A stretch of DNA of 61,657 nucleotides, the filler included, from Pirum gemmata (lineage: Eukaryota): the NCBI GenBank assembly GCA_002812295.1. It is 13 parts of 13 records of this genome, joined end to end, with 100 filler letters (N's around TTAATTAATTAA, not from the genome) between each part and the next. Parts side by side here need not be neighbours in the genome. Positions count along the whole stretch, not along the records: positions 8,635 to 12,803 come from PDIN01001401.1; positions 12,904 to 18,213 come from PDIN01001402.1; positions 18,314 to 25,651 come from PDIN01001403.1; 10 more parts are not named here. The stretch is one strand, 5' to 3'. The stretch's first letter is position 1. Every line of letters starts with the position of its first letter. Below the pieces are notes generated by a model that saw only the letters and a program-made list of their open reading frames with translations, was not told the origin of the DNA and made no database searches. The translations under genes and the position numbers were made by a program. Of this stretch, positions 10,863 through 22,935 are shown piece after piece.

Positions 10863-12767
10863 TGTAGCTAATTAATTATAAGCTTTATTACGGAAGATTA
10901 TTCAATCAAATTGACAATTATTTTTAAACTAAAAAAATAAAAATGAATTTGAAAACTCACATTTAAAAACTTACGTAAATTAAAACGGGGTTCGGGGTTA
11001 GGGGTTCGGGGTTAGGGGTTCGGGGTTAGGGTCAGGGGTTAGGGTTAGGGTTAGGGAGAAAATATAATTTCTGCGACTGGATCGGGATCTCTGCTATCGT
11101 GATTGGTATCTATCTCCCCTTGTAGTATATATTATTATTTACAGCAAAATGACTCTCTTATTATATATAATCGGATTTACAATAAAATAAATAACTGAAT
11201 AACAATGTCAGGTTTTGTTTGATTAATTTTATAAAAATCAGTCTTTTATAATGTTAGAAATCGTATGACTGGGTCCTCATTTTCTTGATATAGAAAATGA
11301 CACCGGAGAACAATCTCTACAATGTTAATATTAATCCTTTCATTCTGTAAAATCGTATTTAAGTTTTCTTTTAATTAATCTAAGACATGTATACGTACAA
11401 TCTGAAATTGAACATGAGTTAAATTTATTTATACACCCACATTGCTTTAGTACAAATTTCACAATCAAATGAATAAATTTCACTAGTACTTATTCGGGTA
11501 TCTGGACACATAATACATATAAAAGTGATGAACGTTTTTTACGAGGGGTGACACCTATAAGAGTCCTATAAGTAAATGTCCCCTTAAATTGGCACTGATT
11601 CCGCAACCCGCAGCCATTTACGGATTCCCAATTAAGTAAATTATAAATAGTAAAATAATTTAGCTTTTTTGGTATAGTAACTTAAATTACTTTAAATAGT
11701 TTATTTTTTACTATAAGTAGTAAGCCGCAGCCGCAGCGGAAAATGAAACCATTAAGGAATATTAATTTTTTTCACACTACAAACACAAACCATAACGACA
11801 ACATAAACTACCAATACCAACACTATTACAATAATCACAAACGGAATAAATTCAGTCTGATAATTTATTTTTATAATAATAATAATAAACAAACAAGTTT
11901 CCACTACCCCAAAACATTTCATGTTTATGCACATAATAAATCATTAACAATATTTTTATTAATATATTATAATATTAATATAAACTACAAAAATACCCTA
12001 CAGTTTTAGAAAAATAATAGAAAAAAACATATATAATAATATTTTTTTTTTAAAAGAGAAAATTAATTACTATTTTTGATTTATTTCAAGTTATATAATA
12101 TCCAATAATAATAATAATGGAAATGTATTATCCAATAATAATAATAATAGAAAAAAAAAACCCTACAAATTTAGTAAAATCTCAATAAAGATTTATTTTT
12201 AAAAATAATTACTATTTTTTTAAAGATTTTAAACTCCAAATTTAATTAAAATTACCAAAATTATAATTTATTACTTAATTTGGAAAACATATCTACATAT
12301 TTGTAAATATTCCTACAGATGTAAAAAAAAACCCCAATAAAATTTTAAAAAAATTAATAATATATATTTTAGAAAAAACCCTATATTTCTCAATTTAATT
12401 ACTATTTTTATGAAATAAATTACCAAATTTGATTGAAAAAACCAAAATTATATAATTGATTACTTACAGCACGCAGGATCCTCATATATTATATATAATT
12501 AACAATTTTTTTATTTTCATTAGTTTTATAATTATGACACTAAAAAATAATCCTAACCCCACATTTTGAATTTAAAACAAATATTTAAATTCCTCAGATG
12601 TCTTAAGCGGTTTTCTTTGTTATTTTTTAGTCAGTAGTAGTAGTTGTAGTAGTAGAGTAGTAGTATTAGTAGTATTAGTAGTGGTGGTGATAGTAGTAGT
12701 AGCAGTAGTAGTAGTATTAGTAGTAGTAGTAGCAGCAGCAGCGGTAGTTGTAGTAGTAGTAGCTATG

Positions 12768-12800
<33 letters not shown>

Positions 12801-12943
12801 ATANNNNNNNNNNNNNNNNNNNNNNNNNNNNNNNNNNNNNNNNNNNNTTAATTAATTAANNNNNNNNNNNNNNNNNNNNNNNNNNNNNNNNNNNNNNNNN
12901 NNNTATTATTGTATTATTGTATTATTGTATTATTGTTAGAACC

Positions 12944-15900
12944 ATGAATAAATTGAGGTGGTCTATTGTTTGCACAGCCTTGGCTTTTGCAGTGTGTGCT
13001 TGTGGAATCGTGACAGCAATCACTAAGAATGGTAAATAGTAATACCTATAACAATAACTATAACAATAAAAATAACTATATATTAATAACAATAACAATA
13101 ACTATAAATAACAATAACTATAAATAACAATAAAAATAACTATAAATAACAATAACTATAAACAAATAACAAATAACAAAATTTAATAACAAATAACAAA
13201 TAACAAATAACAAATAACAAGATTTTAATAACAAATAACAAAATTTAATAACATATAATAAATAACAAAATTTAATAGTAACAAATAATAACAAATAATA
13301 ACAAATAATAACAAATAATAACAAATATATATAACAAATAATAGATAACAAATAACAAATAACAAATAACATATAACATATAACATATTATAACATATAA
13401 CATAATATAACATATTATAACAAATAACAAAATTTAATAACAAATAACAAATAACAAATAACAAATAACAAATAACAAATAACAAATAACAAATAACAAA
13501 TAACAAATTACAAATTACAAATAACAAATAACAAAATTTAATAACAAATAACAAATAACAAATAACTTTAATAACAAATAAATAACAAAATTAATAACAA
13601 ATAATGAATAACAAAATTTATTAATTAACAAATAACAAATAACAAATAACAAAATTAATAACAAATAACAAATAACCAAATAACAAATAACAAATAACCA
13701 AATAACAAATAACAAATAACAAATATTTAACATTTAATAACAAAAATTTAAAAAATGACAAATATTTAACAAAATTTAATAACAAATATATTAATTTTAA
13801 CAAATAACAAAATTTAATACTAAACAAATTTAAATAATAAATAACAAATAACAACAAATAACAAAATTTAATAACAAATAACAAATAATAAATAACTAAT
13901 ATTTAACAAATAACAAATATTTAACAAATAACAAATATTTAACAAATAACAAATATTTAACAAAAAACAAATATTTGTTAAACAGCAATTAAAAATTAAA
14001 AATTAAAAAATAACAAATAACAAATAACAAATAACAAATAACAAATAACAAAATTTAATAACAAATAGCAAATAACAAAATTAATAGCAAATAACAAATA
14101 ACAAATAACAAATAACAAAATTTAATAGCAAATAACAAATAGCAAATAACAAATAGCAAATAGCAAATAGCAAATAACAAATAGCAAATAGCAAATAACA
14201 AATAGCAAATAACAAATAATAACAAATAACATAATTATAATAATAACAAATAACAAAATTAATAGCAAATAACAAATAACATATTATAATAATAACAAAT
14301 AATAAATAGTAAATAACAATAAATAACAAATAACAAATAACAAATAACAAATAATAAAAAATAAAAAATAGAAGAAATAATAAATAACAAATAGCAAATA
14401 TTAACATTTAATAACACATAGCAAATAACAAATAACAAATATTAACAAATAACAAATAACAAATAACAAATTAATAACAAATAACAAAATTAATAACAAA
14501 TAACAAATAACAAATAACAAATAACAAATAACAAAATTTAATAATAAATAACAAATAACAAATAACAACTATATATAACAAATAACAAATAACAAATAAC
14601 AAATAACAAATAACAAATAACAAATAACAAATAACAAATAACAAATAACAAATAACAAATAACTTTAATAACAAATAACAAATAACAAAATTATAACAAA
14701 TAAACAAATAACAAATAACAAACAAAAGGAACGGAAATGTTTGTTGGAATTTACCTGCTTATTGTTGGATGCTATGGGTTGATAATGGAATTCCCATTTC
14801 ATAAAAAGCAAATAGCTTCGAAGATTAGCTTGGTACACAATCAAGCGCGAGGTAAACCAAAATGTGTTGATGCTTACTATTATAATTATTATGTTACTAC
14901 TACTACCAATTCTTCTACTATTATTACTGTAATTATTTATATATTGCTAATACTACATTAATGAATACTATTACTGTTAATACTTTCAAAAATACCCTGA
15001 AATCATGCTTACTTACTTCATTTTATATATTATACTAAAACAGGTCTTGTTTATTTTGTATTGTGGATTCCTGCAGTAATAGTCATTGAAATGACAACAA
15101 TTCTGGTCATATGTAAGTCTAAAACACTAACCCTAATCCACACCCTAATCCCTAATTACTGTTACAATTACTATTATTATTACTATTACTATTACTATTA
15201 CTATTTCTATTACTATTACTATTACTATTACTATTACTATTACTATTACTATTACTATTTTACTATTACTATTACCATTACTATTACTATTACTATTAAT
15301 TACTATTGCTATTACCATATTCTTACCATTACTATTATATATAATATTATTTGATATTGATTATAGGTATTTTGTCAGTTCTAGGATTGGGTTATGTTGT
15401 ATTGCCATGCTTTAAATCCAAAGACGATTCCCCTAAGTCAGTTTCTTTTTATTTTTGTATTAATGTAATTATCATATCATATCATATTATTAATAATAGT
15501 ATTATTATTAGTATTAGTATTAGTATTGGTATTAGTATTAGTATTAGTATTAATTGTGTACTTTCAGGTAAATTTTTATATTTAATATTTATAATGCGTA
15601 TACTTTCATTCACAGGTCATCAAAAGCATCGTTCATGTTTTTAACATTATTATGTGTTTTAGCTTATTGTGGCTCTTGCATCTTTTTGATTATTTATAGT
15701 TTTGTTAACAGTGATAATTGTAAGTATTAATTTCACCTAACCCCAACCTAACCCCACTCTAACCTAACCCCAACTATAACCTAACCCCAACTCTAACCTT
15801 ACCCCAACTCTAACCTAACCCCAAAACTGACCCCAACCTTAACACAACCTTAACACAACCTTAACCCCAACCCCAAACCCTTGATCCTAACCCCAATCCC

Positions 15901-16353
15901 AACCCCGACCTTGGTTCTCATCCCAATCCCAACCCCAACCCCAACCCCAACCTTGATTGTAATCCCAATCCCAACCCCAACCTTGATTCTAATCCCAATC
16001 CCAACCCCAACCTTGATTCTAATCCCGATCCCAACCCCAACCTTGATTCTAATCCCAACCCCAACCCCGACCTTGACCCAGCTTTGATCCTTACCCCAAT
16101 CCTAACCTAACCCTAACCCTAAGTATAATATTATCATAGCTAATGATTTAATTATCATTTTGCGTAAATAGATAAGATTAAAGGTTGGCAATATGGTGAA
16201 CAAATAAATAAAACAATATATATTTGTTGTGCGCTCCTAGTAGTTAAAGTTCTAGTTTCTATTGTGAAATGTAAGTTACATATATATGTATAATATATAG
16301 TGGAAATAGTTATGGTAATACTAACAATAAATAATAATAATAACATGATCATC

Positions 16354-16411
<58 letters not shown>

Positions 16412-16692
16412 TAGTAGGTTACGAAAAATCAAGAAGTCAAGACACAACTCATTATTGTGTGTACAGTATCTATTATGACCTAATGCTACTGGTATTAGGC
16501 AGTGGTTTTACGCTTTTCGTGGTCGGATTACCAGGATGTATTTTAATAGTTGTAAACCAAATTTACAATTTTGCTGTCGCTGTGCTTATGCTCTTGTTCT
16601 TTTTCCTTTTCAATTGTGTACGTGATTCTCCGGTAACTGCAAATTCACATTTAAGCGTAAACGAAAATGTACCGCTTATAAATAAACCATAA
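12944..16692 (+). CDS. p22phox (cytochrome b-245 alpha)/NoxD-like membrane protein with extended hydrophobic C-terminus; exons 12944-13031, 14729-14851, 15044-15112, 15367-15436, 15616-15719, 16418-16692 (242 aa)
   Basis: All five introns are GT-AG and phase-compatible. Product MNKLRWSIVCTALAFAVCACGIVTAITKNGTEMFVGIYLLIVGCYGLIMEFPFHKK...HNQARGLVYFVLWIPAVIVIEMTTILVICILSVLGLGYVVL parallels recalled p22phox (MGQIEW; FGAYSIVAGVFVCLLEYP; NYYVRAVLHLLLSVPA; ATILG). Gene structure is more certain than the family call. Confidence 0.75.
13040..14727 (+). repeat. ~1.7-kb degenerate (AAATAAC)n satellite filling intron 1 of the p22phox-like gene
   Basis: Directly visible; source of the spurious LLFVICY-repeat ORFs on the minus strand. 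Confidence 0.95.
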
Positions 16693-17080
16693 TTCAACAG
16701 GCTAATCGGTTACCACCAAATACGCTTTTCGTAACCAGACTATCCGGAATGCTTCTTAACAGTCGTAAACCAGATTTACAATTTTGCTGCCGCTTTGTTT
16801 ATGCTATTGTTTTTTTTTTTGTTTTTTGATGTAATAGTAATAATAATAATAATANNNNNNNNNNNNNNNNNNNNNNNNNNNNNNNNNNNNNNNNNNNNNN
16901 NNNNNNNNNNNNNNNNNNNNNNNTATTGTATTGTATTGTATTGTATTGTATTGTAATATATTATATATTAATATTATATATTATATTATATAATATTGGT
17001 TTATGTATTATTATTGTTATTATATTATAGTACTATTATTATGATATTAAATTTTATTGAATTAACCAAATACAAGCTCT

Positions 17081-17967
17081 CTATTCTTCAGGAAATAAAT
17101 CAGTAATGCTGTTAATTACAAGTCTGTTCATGTAATTCGTTAAACCAAAACAAACTTGAACAACTATATCATAATAATTTAACAAAGGTATTGGTACTTC
17201 ATCAGTCATGATTTTGAATACCTTTGCTTTTCGAATTACTCTTTCTACGTGGATCCTTGTTGATGCCACTTCTTTGGTCACTAACTTTTCGTCTTGTGAA
17301 AACTGTTGATCTTTTTTTAGAAAAGCAGGTAAATCAACTTGATTCTCTAAACCAAGATTAGCGCCATTTGTAAACCCCTTGTCTGCCATAACACGAGGCC
17401 ATAGTTTTTCAAATATACAAGTGCATTCAGCTGTTTGGACTTTGGCGGTGTGATGATTATTGTAATATGAAAAAAGCATTCTTTGTAATGCTTCTGTGGC
17501 ATCGATTATTAAGGCCGTGTGCTTGTATAGAGGGTGTTGCTTGATGCAAGGGAGCATATGTTCTTCTATCCATTCCTTTTTTAGTTTATTTAACATAGTC
17601 AAGTCTTCATGCATGATAAATGTGTGCGTAAGCCTGTTTGAAAATACCGTGATGCTGTTTGACTTGAAATATTGAATAAGTATTAATAACCTAAGTGGTA
17701 AAAATAAAAATTTTGCTTCAATTTCATGAATGTCAATAACATACCGTCTTCAAAATCTAGTTTCTTTCTTTCCTTTTTTTCTACGTGTCATTGCTCTTTT
17801 AAATCTACTAGTACTTTTACAAGTAGTTCCACGATACTACATGGTGTCCATATACCTTTTGTAAACCTCCTTATTTCAGTTGTTTTCTCTCGCACACGAC
17901 AGACATTCGGTAATCTTTTACCCTTAGCGTTGCTTTCATTACAATTTACATGTAAACAACCCCCCAT
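17081..17967 (-). mobile_element. Decayed ISL2EU/Harbinger-group DNA transposase (THAP-like + HTH_Tnp_4 + DDE_Tnp_4)
   Basis: ATG at 17967 gives MGGCLHVNCNESNAKGKRL...WTP (THAP-like start), then KLDFEDGMLLTFMKLKQN...FNISSQTASRYF (HTH) with in-frame stops, then LIIDATE, YYNNHHTAK, VMADKGF, LPAFL, ASTRIHVERVI. Spacing implies internal deletions. Confidence 0.85.
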
Positions 17968-20138
17968 TTTGGTTTTGTTATTTTGTTATTAATTTTTTAT
18001 TTATTTATTTATTTATTTATTTACTTCTATTAAATTTATTTATTTATTTATTCATTTATTTATTTATTTATTATCGTTATTATTATATACTTTATTACTT
18101 TTATTATTATTATTATTGTTTGATTTTGTTATTTTGTTATTAAATTTTTATTTATTTATTTATTTATTTACTTCTATTAATTAAATTTATTTATTTATTT
18201 ATTTATTTATTTANNNNNNNNNNNNNNNNNNNNNNNNNNNNNNNNNNNNNNNNNNNNTTAATTAATTAANNNNNNNNNNNNNNNNNNNNNNNNNNNNNNN
18301 NNNNNNNNNNNNNAGGTGTCGAATTAACTAATTAAAACTAATAAACTTATCTTTTTTTACAAAAAAGGAAATTTATTATATAATGTATGAAATATCAGTA
18401 CGAAATATGATAAAACTTTACCGCCTCTTCGTTAAAAAAGTACCAACGTTATTACTATCATCGATAAGTTCATTTTTTTGTTAGGCTAGTCTAGCTAGTC
18501 AGGGTCAGGGTTAGGGAGTTTTAGAGGGTTAGGGCTTGCTAGGTAGTTATTGCTAGGTCTAGGTAAGTTTTATAGTTGGATTTTTTTTTAACTACCAAAC
18601 CGGATAAAAATTGCCATATGAGCTCAAAAATCAAAAAAATCTCAAAATGATCCAATTTTCAAACAAAATACTACCAAATTTTGAGAAATGGTCTAACTAA
18701 TTAAACCCTATTATGAACCAATGCCCAGTTTTGAAGAATAATTTGGTTATCGTAGGTAGAAAAAAAAATTTTTTCTAGTTTTATCCGGCTTGGTTGTTAA
18801 AAAAAAATAAAAATTTAAAAAAAAAAAATTAGTTGGGTGGTTTTAAAAGCCATGCACACCATGTTTATTTTCTAATCGTATCACAGTAAAAAAAATTTTA
18901 AAAAAAAAAAAAACGAATTATTAACATTGCATTTATTTTTCTCGTAGTACCGTTGTGCCATTGGCTGGTCATATACATTACACAATTGCTATTAACATAT
19001 CAATAGTTGGTGTCAGTTACCATTATCAGCTCTTATTTATTAACATCCAACTTTCTCAGTTATTGCAAATTGAAACACAAATAAGTAAACTACAAATACC
19101 AGTAGTTAGTTATTTTTTTTCAACCAGAAATGCGGGAAAACCCATCGAATCGAAGACTAGAATTTCGAAACTTTTCGATCTAATTGACTCACCAAAAAAA
19201 TTCTTTACAATTTCATAGAAAAAAGTTGAAACTCGAAAAAAAAAGAATATCATTTCAAAATTGTCACTATTTAATGATTACGATCGATCATGTTTTGTGC
19301 TAGTATAATAACTACTTCTACGTCTAATATTACTTGTCCACATACTTTACTACTATAAAAACTACTACTCTATAACAACTACAACTACTATGATACTTGA
19401 TTCTAAATTTACCAGTAACATTTTTTTAGAACGTCAAATTTTTGATGGAAAATTTTTCTTTCTATTTTTTTTTTTTTTTTTTTTTTTTTTTCCTGCACTT
19501 TACCCCGCTCATCTCCTACTCCTGCACTATTATCACTACCCATGCGTTTTTTTTTTTAAAAAACCCGAAAATTTTGTTTTCGAAAATACAGACTAGTTTT
19601 TCTACAGCTAACTCCACAAGTTCTGCTGCTTTGAAAAACAGTACCAGACTTTTAATTTTAAATTTGTTAATCAATTCGGCACTCGAAAGTTAGTAAAAGA
19701 AAAAGGAAAAAAATAAATATTACCAATTTTTCTAATTTTTTATTAGTTTTTGTATTTTTTCACAATTAAGCTTATTAAAATACTTTTGTAATATTTTGAT
19801 ATTTAGTTATTAGGAAGTGCAATATTTTATTAACGCGCACATCACTTAATTCGTGCCCACCGTATTGTAACCAGAATAAATTGTTTGGGTCCATTAGTCC
19901 ATTAGTGTCCATTCATAATAATATATAATAATATTAGCCATAATAGACACTTTTTAATTCCTTTAATTAATTGTACCCCAAAATTGTCAATGGTCGAAAT
20001 GGAATTGTCAAATGGTAATTAAATTTTGTATAATATATTTTGAATGCATTTTAATTAATTAACGATTTTTATTTTACTTTTTTAATCAAATAAAAATTTT
20101 ATTCCTATTCATAATAAAAATTTAATTTATTGAAATAA

Positions 20139-21179
20139 TTAATAAACCATCGTTTCAATAGATTGAATCATACCAGATTGAATAAACTCTCCATAACATT
20201 CCATGGATTCTGTTTTAAATTTAAGAGCACCATTCATATTTTTCTGAAACAAAATATACGAAACATCCTGACTTGCTACCTTGATTGATTTCACATTCAT
20301 TTGACCAACTAGTTGTAATAATTTTTCGGTGGGGTAACGTCCAGCAGTCAATTCTATTTTACTTCCTTTAAAATAACAATCACTATATAAAGTCAAAGCA
20401 GGTAAGTTTTTGGCATTTTCGACAATAGTAGCGGCGGTTGCCTCTGCTTCAGCAATAAGCAAAGCAGCTTCAATTTCGGCAGATTTAATGATTTCTTCCG
20501 CATCAGCGGATGCAATGTCATCTTTTTTAATAGTATCTTCTATAGGTGTACTAGGAGCCTTGTCTAAAGCGGCAAACCCAGGACCTTCTCCGATTAGTGC
20601 CACTTTGTTTTCGTAATATTGTGCATCTTTGTTATCACCGTTGGCGTTATTAATCCCGATGGTTAACCAATAGAACTCTAAAGTACAACCATCACTACCA
20701 CAATCTTCGGGTAAAGTTGGTAATGGTATATCAGATTCACAATTACTGTGACCACAAAACTTTCTTACACAATCATCTTCATGAAAGATTTTTTTACTTT
20801 GTCCTTGTTTATTAACAACGTAAAAAGCACAAGGACCTTGATGATCGATAATCCAGCTGTTAAAATGTGCTTTACGTGGGGCCCTTTGTGGACTATTATT
20901 AGTGCGGTCATTGAGGGCACCTCTGTTGATAGCTTTGTAAGTATACAATTCTTTTAAATCTGTATTACCGAAATCTCTTTTAAATGCATTCATGTCGGTA
21001 TTAGGGTAGCTGCCGTAATAATCTCTCAAGCCAGGGTTCACATATCTCAATGACTCGACAAAAAGCGGATCTCTGGCATGACCGGGTCCATTTAGATTAG
21101 GTACAGTAAGTACACCATGACCGTGTGTAGAAGATATAGCCAAAGATAAAGTAAGTACTAAAGTATTTATGGCAAACAT
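20139..21179 (-). CDS. Secreted lytic polysaccharide monooxygenase, AA17-like, with helical linker and C-terminal beta/gamma-crystallin-like domain
   Basis: Intronless 346 aa. Signal peptide ending STHG exposes His1 (HGVLTVP). DHQGPCAFY, IFHEDDC, C-x4-CTLEFYWL and Q-Y-Y match the recalled AA17 pattern HxGPC...F..DDC...C.F.FYWLA...QxY. LTLYSDCYFKGSKIELTAGRY...VKSIKV matches microbial beta/gamma-crystallin Greek-key motifs. Confidence 0.85.
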   Translation of the reverse strand: MFAINTLVLTLSLAISSTHGHGVLTVPNLNGPGHARDPLFVESLRYVNPGLRDYYGSYPNTDMNAFKRDFGNTDLKELYTYKAINRGALNDRTNNSPQRAPRKAHFNSWIIDHQGPCAFYVVNKQGQSKKIFHEDDCVRKFCGHSNCESDIPLPTLPEDCGSDGCTLEFYWLTIGINNANGDNKDAQYYENKVALIGEGPGFAALDKAPSTPIEDTIKKDDIASADAEEIIKSAEIEAALLIAEAEATAATIVENAKNLPALTLYSDCYFKGSKIELTAGRYPTEKLLQLVGQMNVKSIKVASQDVSYILFQKNMNGALKFKTESMECYGEFIQSGMIQSIETMVY

Positions 21180-22039
21180 TTTTAGGTTGGTTGTAGTTGT
21201 TTCTATTTTTTAATTTTTATTTTCAGTTTCTTTGTTTGTTTAAAAAAATTAATAATACAATTATAATTTTTTTTTTTGGTCTGTTTTTTGGTTTGAAATT
21301 TTTAATTTTATTTGCTTTTTTTTATTAGAAGTCTATTTATAGTTTGTTTTGTTCAGTTACAAAATATTTTTCAATTGTTTTTTGCCCGTTTTTTGTATTT
21401 TTTATTAGTTAGTTGATANTTTTTTTTTTTTTTTTTTTTTTTGGTCTGTTTTTTGGTTTGAAATTTTTCATTTTGTTTGCTTTTTTTCATTAGAGGTCTA
21501 TTTATAGTTTTTTTTGTTCAGTTACAAAATATTTTTCAAAATTTATTGTTTTTTTTGTTAGTTGAAATAATATTATCATTATAACTACTAGAATATAAAT
21601 TATTATATTCCAAATCCGGATTTGGTTGTAAGATTATTTAAGCTTTATTTACCAATTAAAATACAGTTGTTCTTTTAAAAAAAGGAGTTTACAAATAATT
21701 ACAAATCCTTTTTTTTTTTTTTTTTTAAGGGGGGAAGCTAAATTAGGGGGGGGGTTTCTTGTGTGGTTGTTTGGTTAGCTAAGTTTGGTTAGTCGGTTTA
21801 ATAAATTAGCTATAATAAATAGCTAATAATAAATAGCTAGTTATGAAGATAACTTCTATCATAGGTTGAATTGTGAGCTTTTCACCTAGGAATTTTTGAT
21901 TGGACTAGAATAAAAAAGTAATGAAAGTGAAATGACGTCATTCCCTCTTGATCGTAAACTTTTTTAAAAAAAAGAAAATAATCAATTTTAAAATGCAATA
22001 ATTCTGTATTCATAAAGTATTCATAATTAAAATCTACAG

Positions 22040-22935
22040 CATTGTCTTCAAAAACCACTGATAATTTCTTTGTTCATTTTATCTTTTATTTTTGTTAAAC
22101 AAACAAACAAATAAAGTAGCAAAAAAAGAAACAAAGAAACAAAGAAACAAAGAAACAAAGAAACAAAGAAACAAAGAAACAAAGAACGAAACGAAACAAA
22201 CAAGCGGTTTTCAAAAACCACTGATAATTCCTTTGTTTATTTTATCTTTTATTTTTGTTAAGCAAACAAACAAAGAAAGTAGCAAAAAAAGAAACAAACA
22301 AAGAAACAAACAAAGAAACAAAGAAACAAAGCAACAAAGAAACAAAGCAACAAAGAACGAAACGAACAAATAAGCAAACAAATAAACAAACATGCAAAAT
22401 AAATAAACAAGTAAAATATTATATATATTCCAGTTAAATTAGCAGCTCCAGAAATATCGAGGAAAATTAGACATCTCGTATTCTTAATTAATAGAAATTA
22501 ATATAAAACAAAGGAAGTAACAAAAAAAGAAACAAAGAAAGAATATTTAGTTGGTTATATAAACATATTGTTTTCAAAAACCACTGATAATTCCTTTGCT
22601 TATTTTATCTTTTATTTTTGTTAAACAAACAAACAAAGAAAGTAGCAAAAAAAGAAACAAAGAAAGAAAGAAACAAACAAACAAAGAAACAAAGAACGAA
22701 ACGAAACAAACAACCAAACAAATAAACACACATGTAAAATAAATAAACAAGTAAATTATTATATTATATTTTCCAGTTAAATTAGCAGCTCCTGAAATAT
22801 CGAGGAAAATTAGACATCTCGTATTCTTAATTAATAGAAATTAATATAAATATAAGTTAAATTAGCAGCTCCAGAAATATCGAGGAAAATTAGACATCTC
22901 GTATTCTTAATTAATAGAAATTAATATAAATATAA
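22040..22935 (+). repeat. Local tandem duplication (~525-bp period) with a ~76-bp unit present three times
   Basis: TTCAAAAACCACTGATAATT begins near 22047, 22210 and 22573; AGTTAAATTAGCAGCTCCwGAAATATCGAGGAAAATTAGACATCTCG begins near 22431, 22775 and 22855. Confidence 0.9.
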
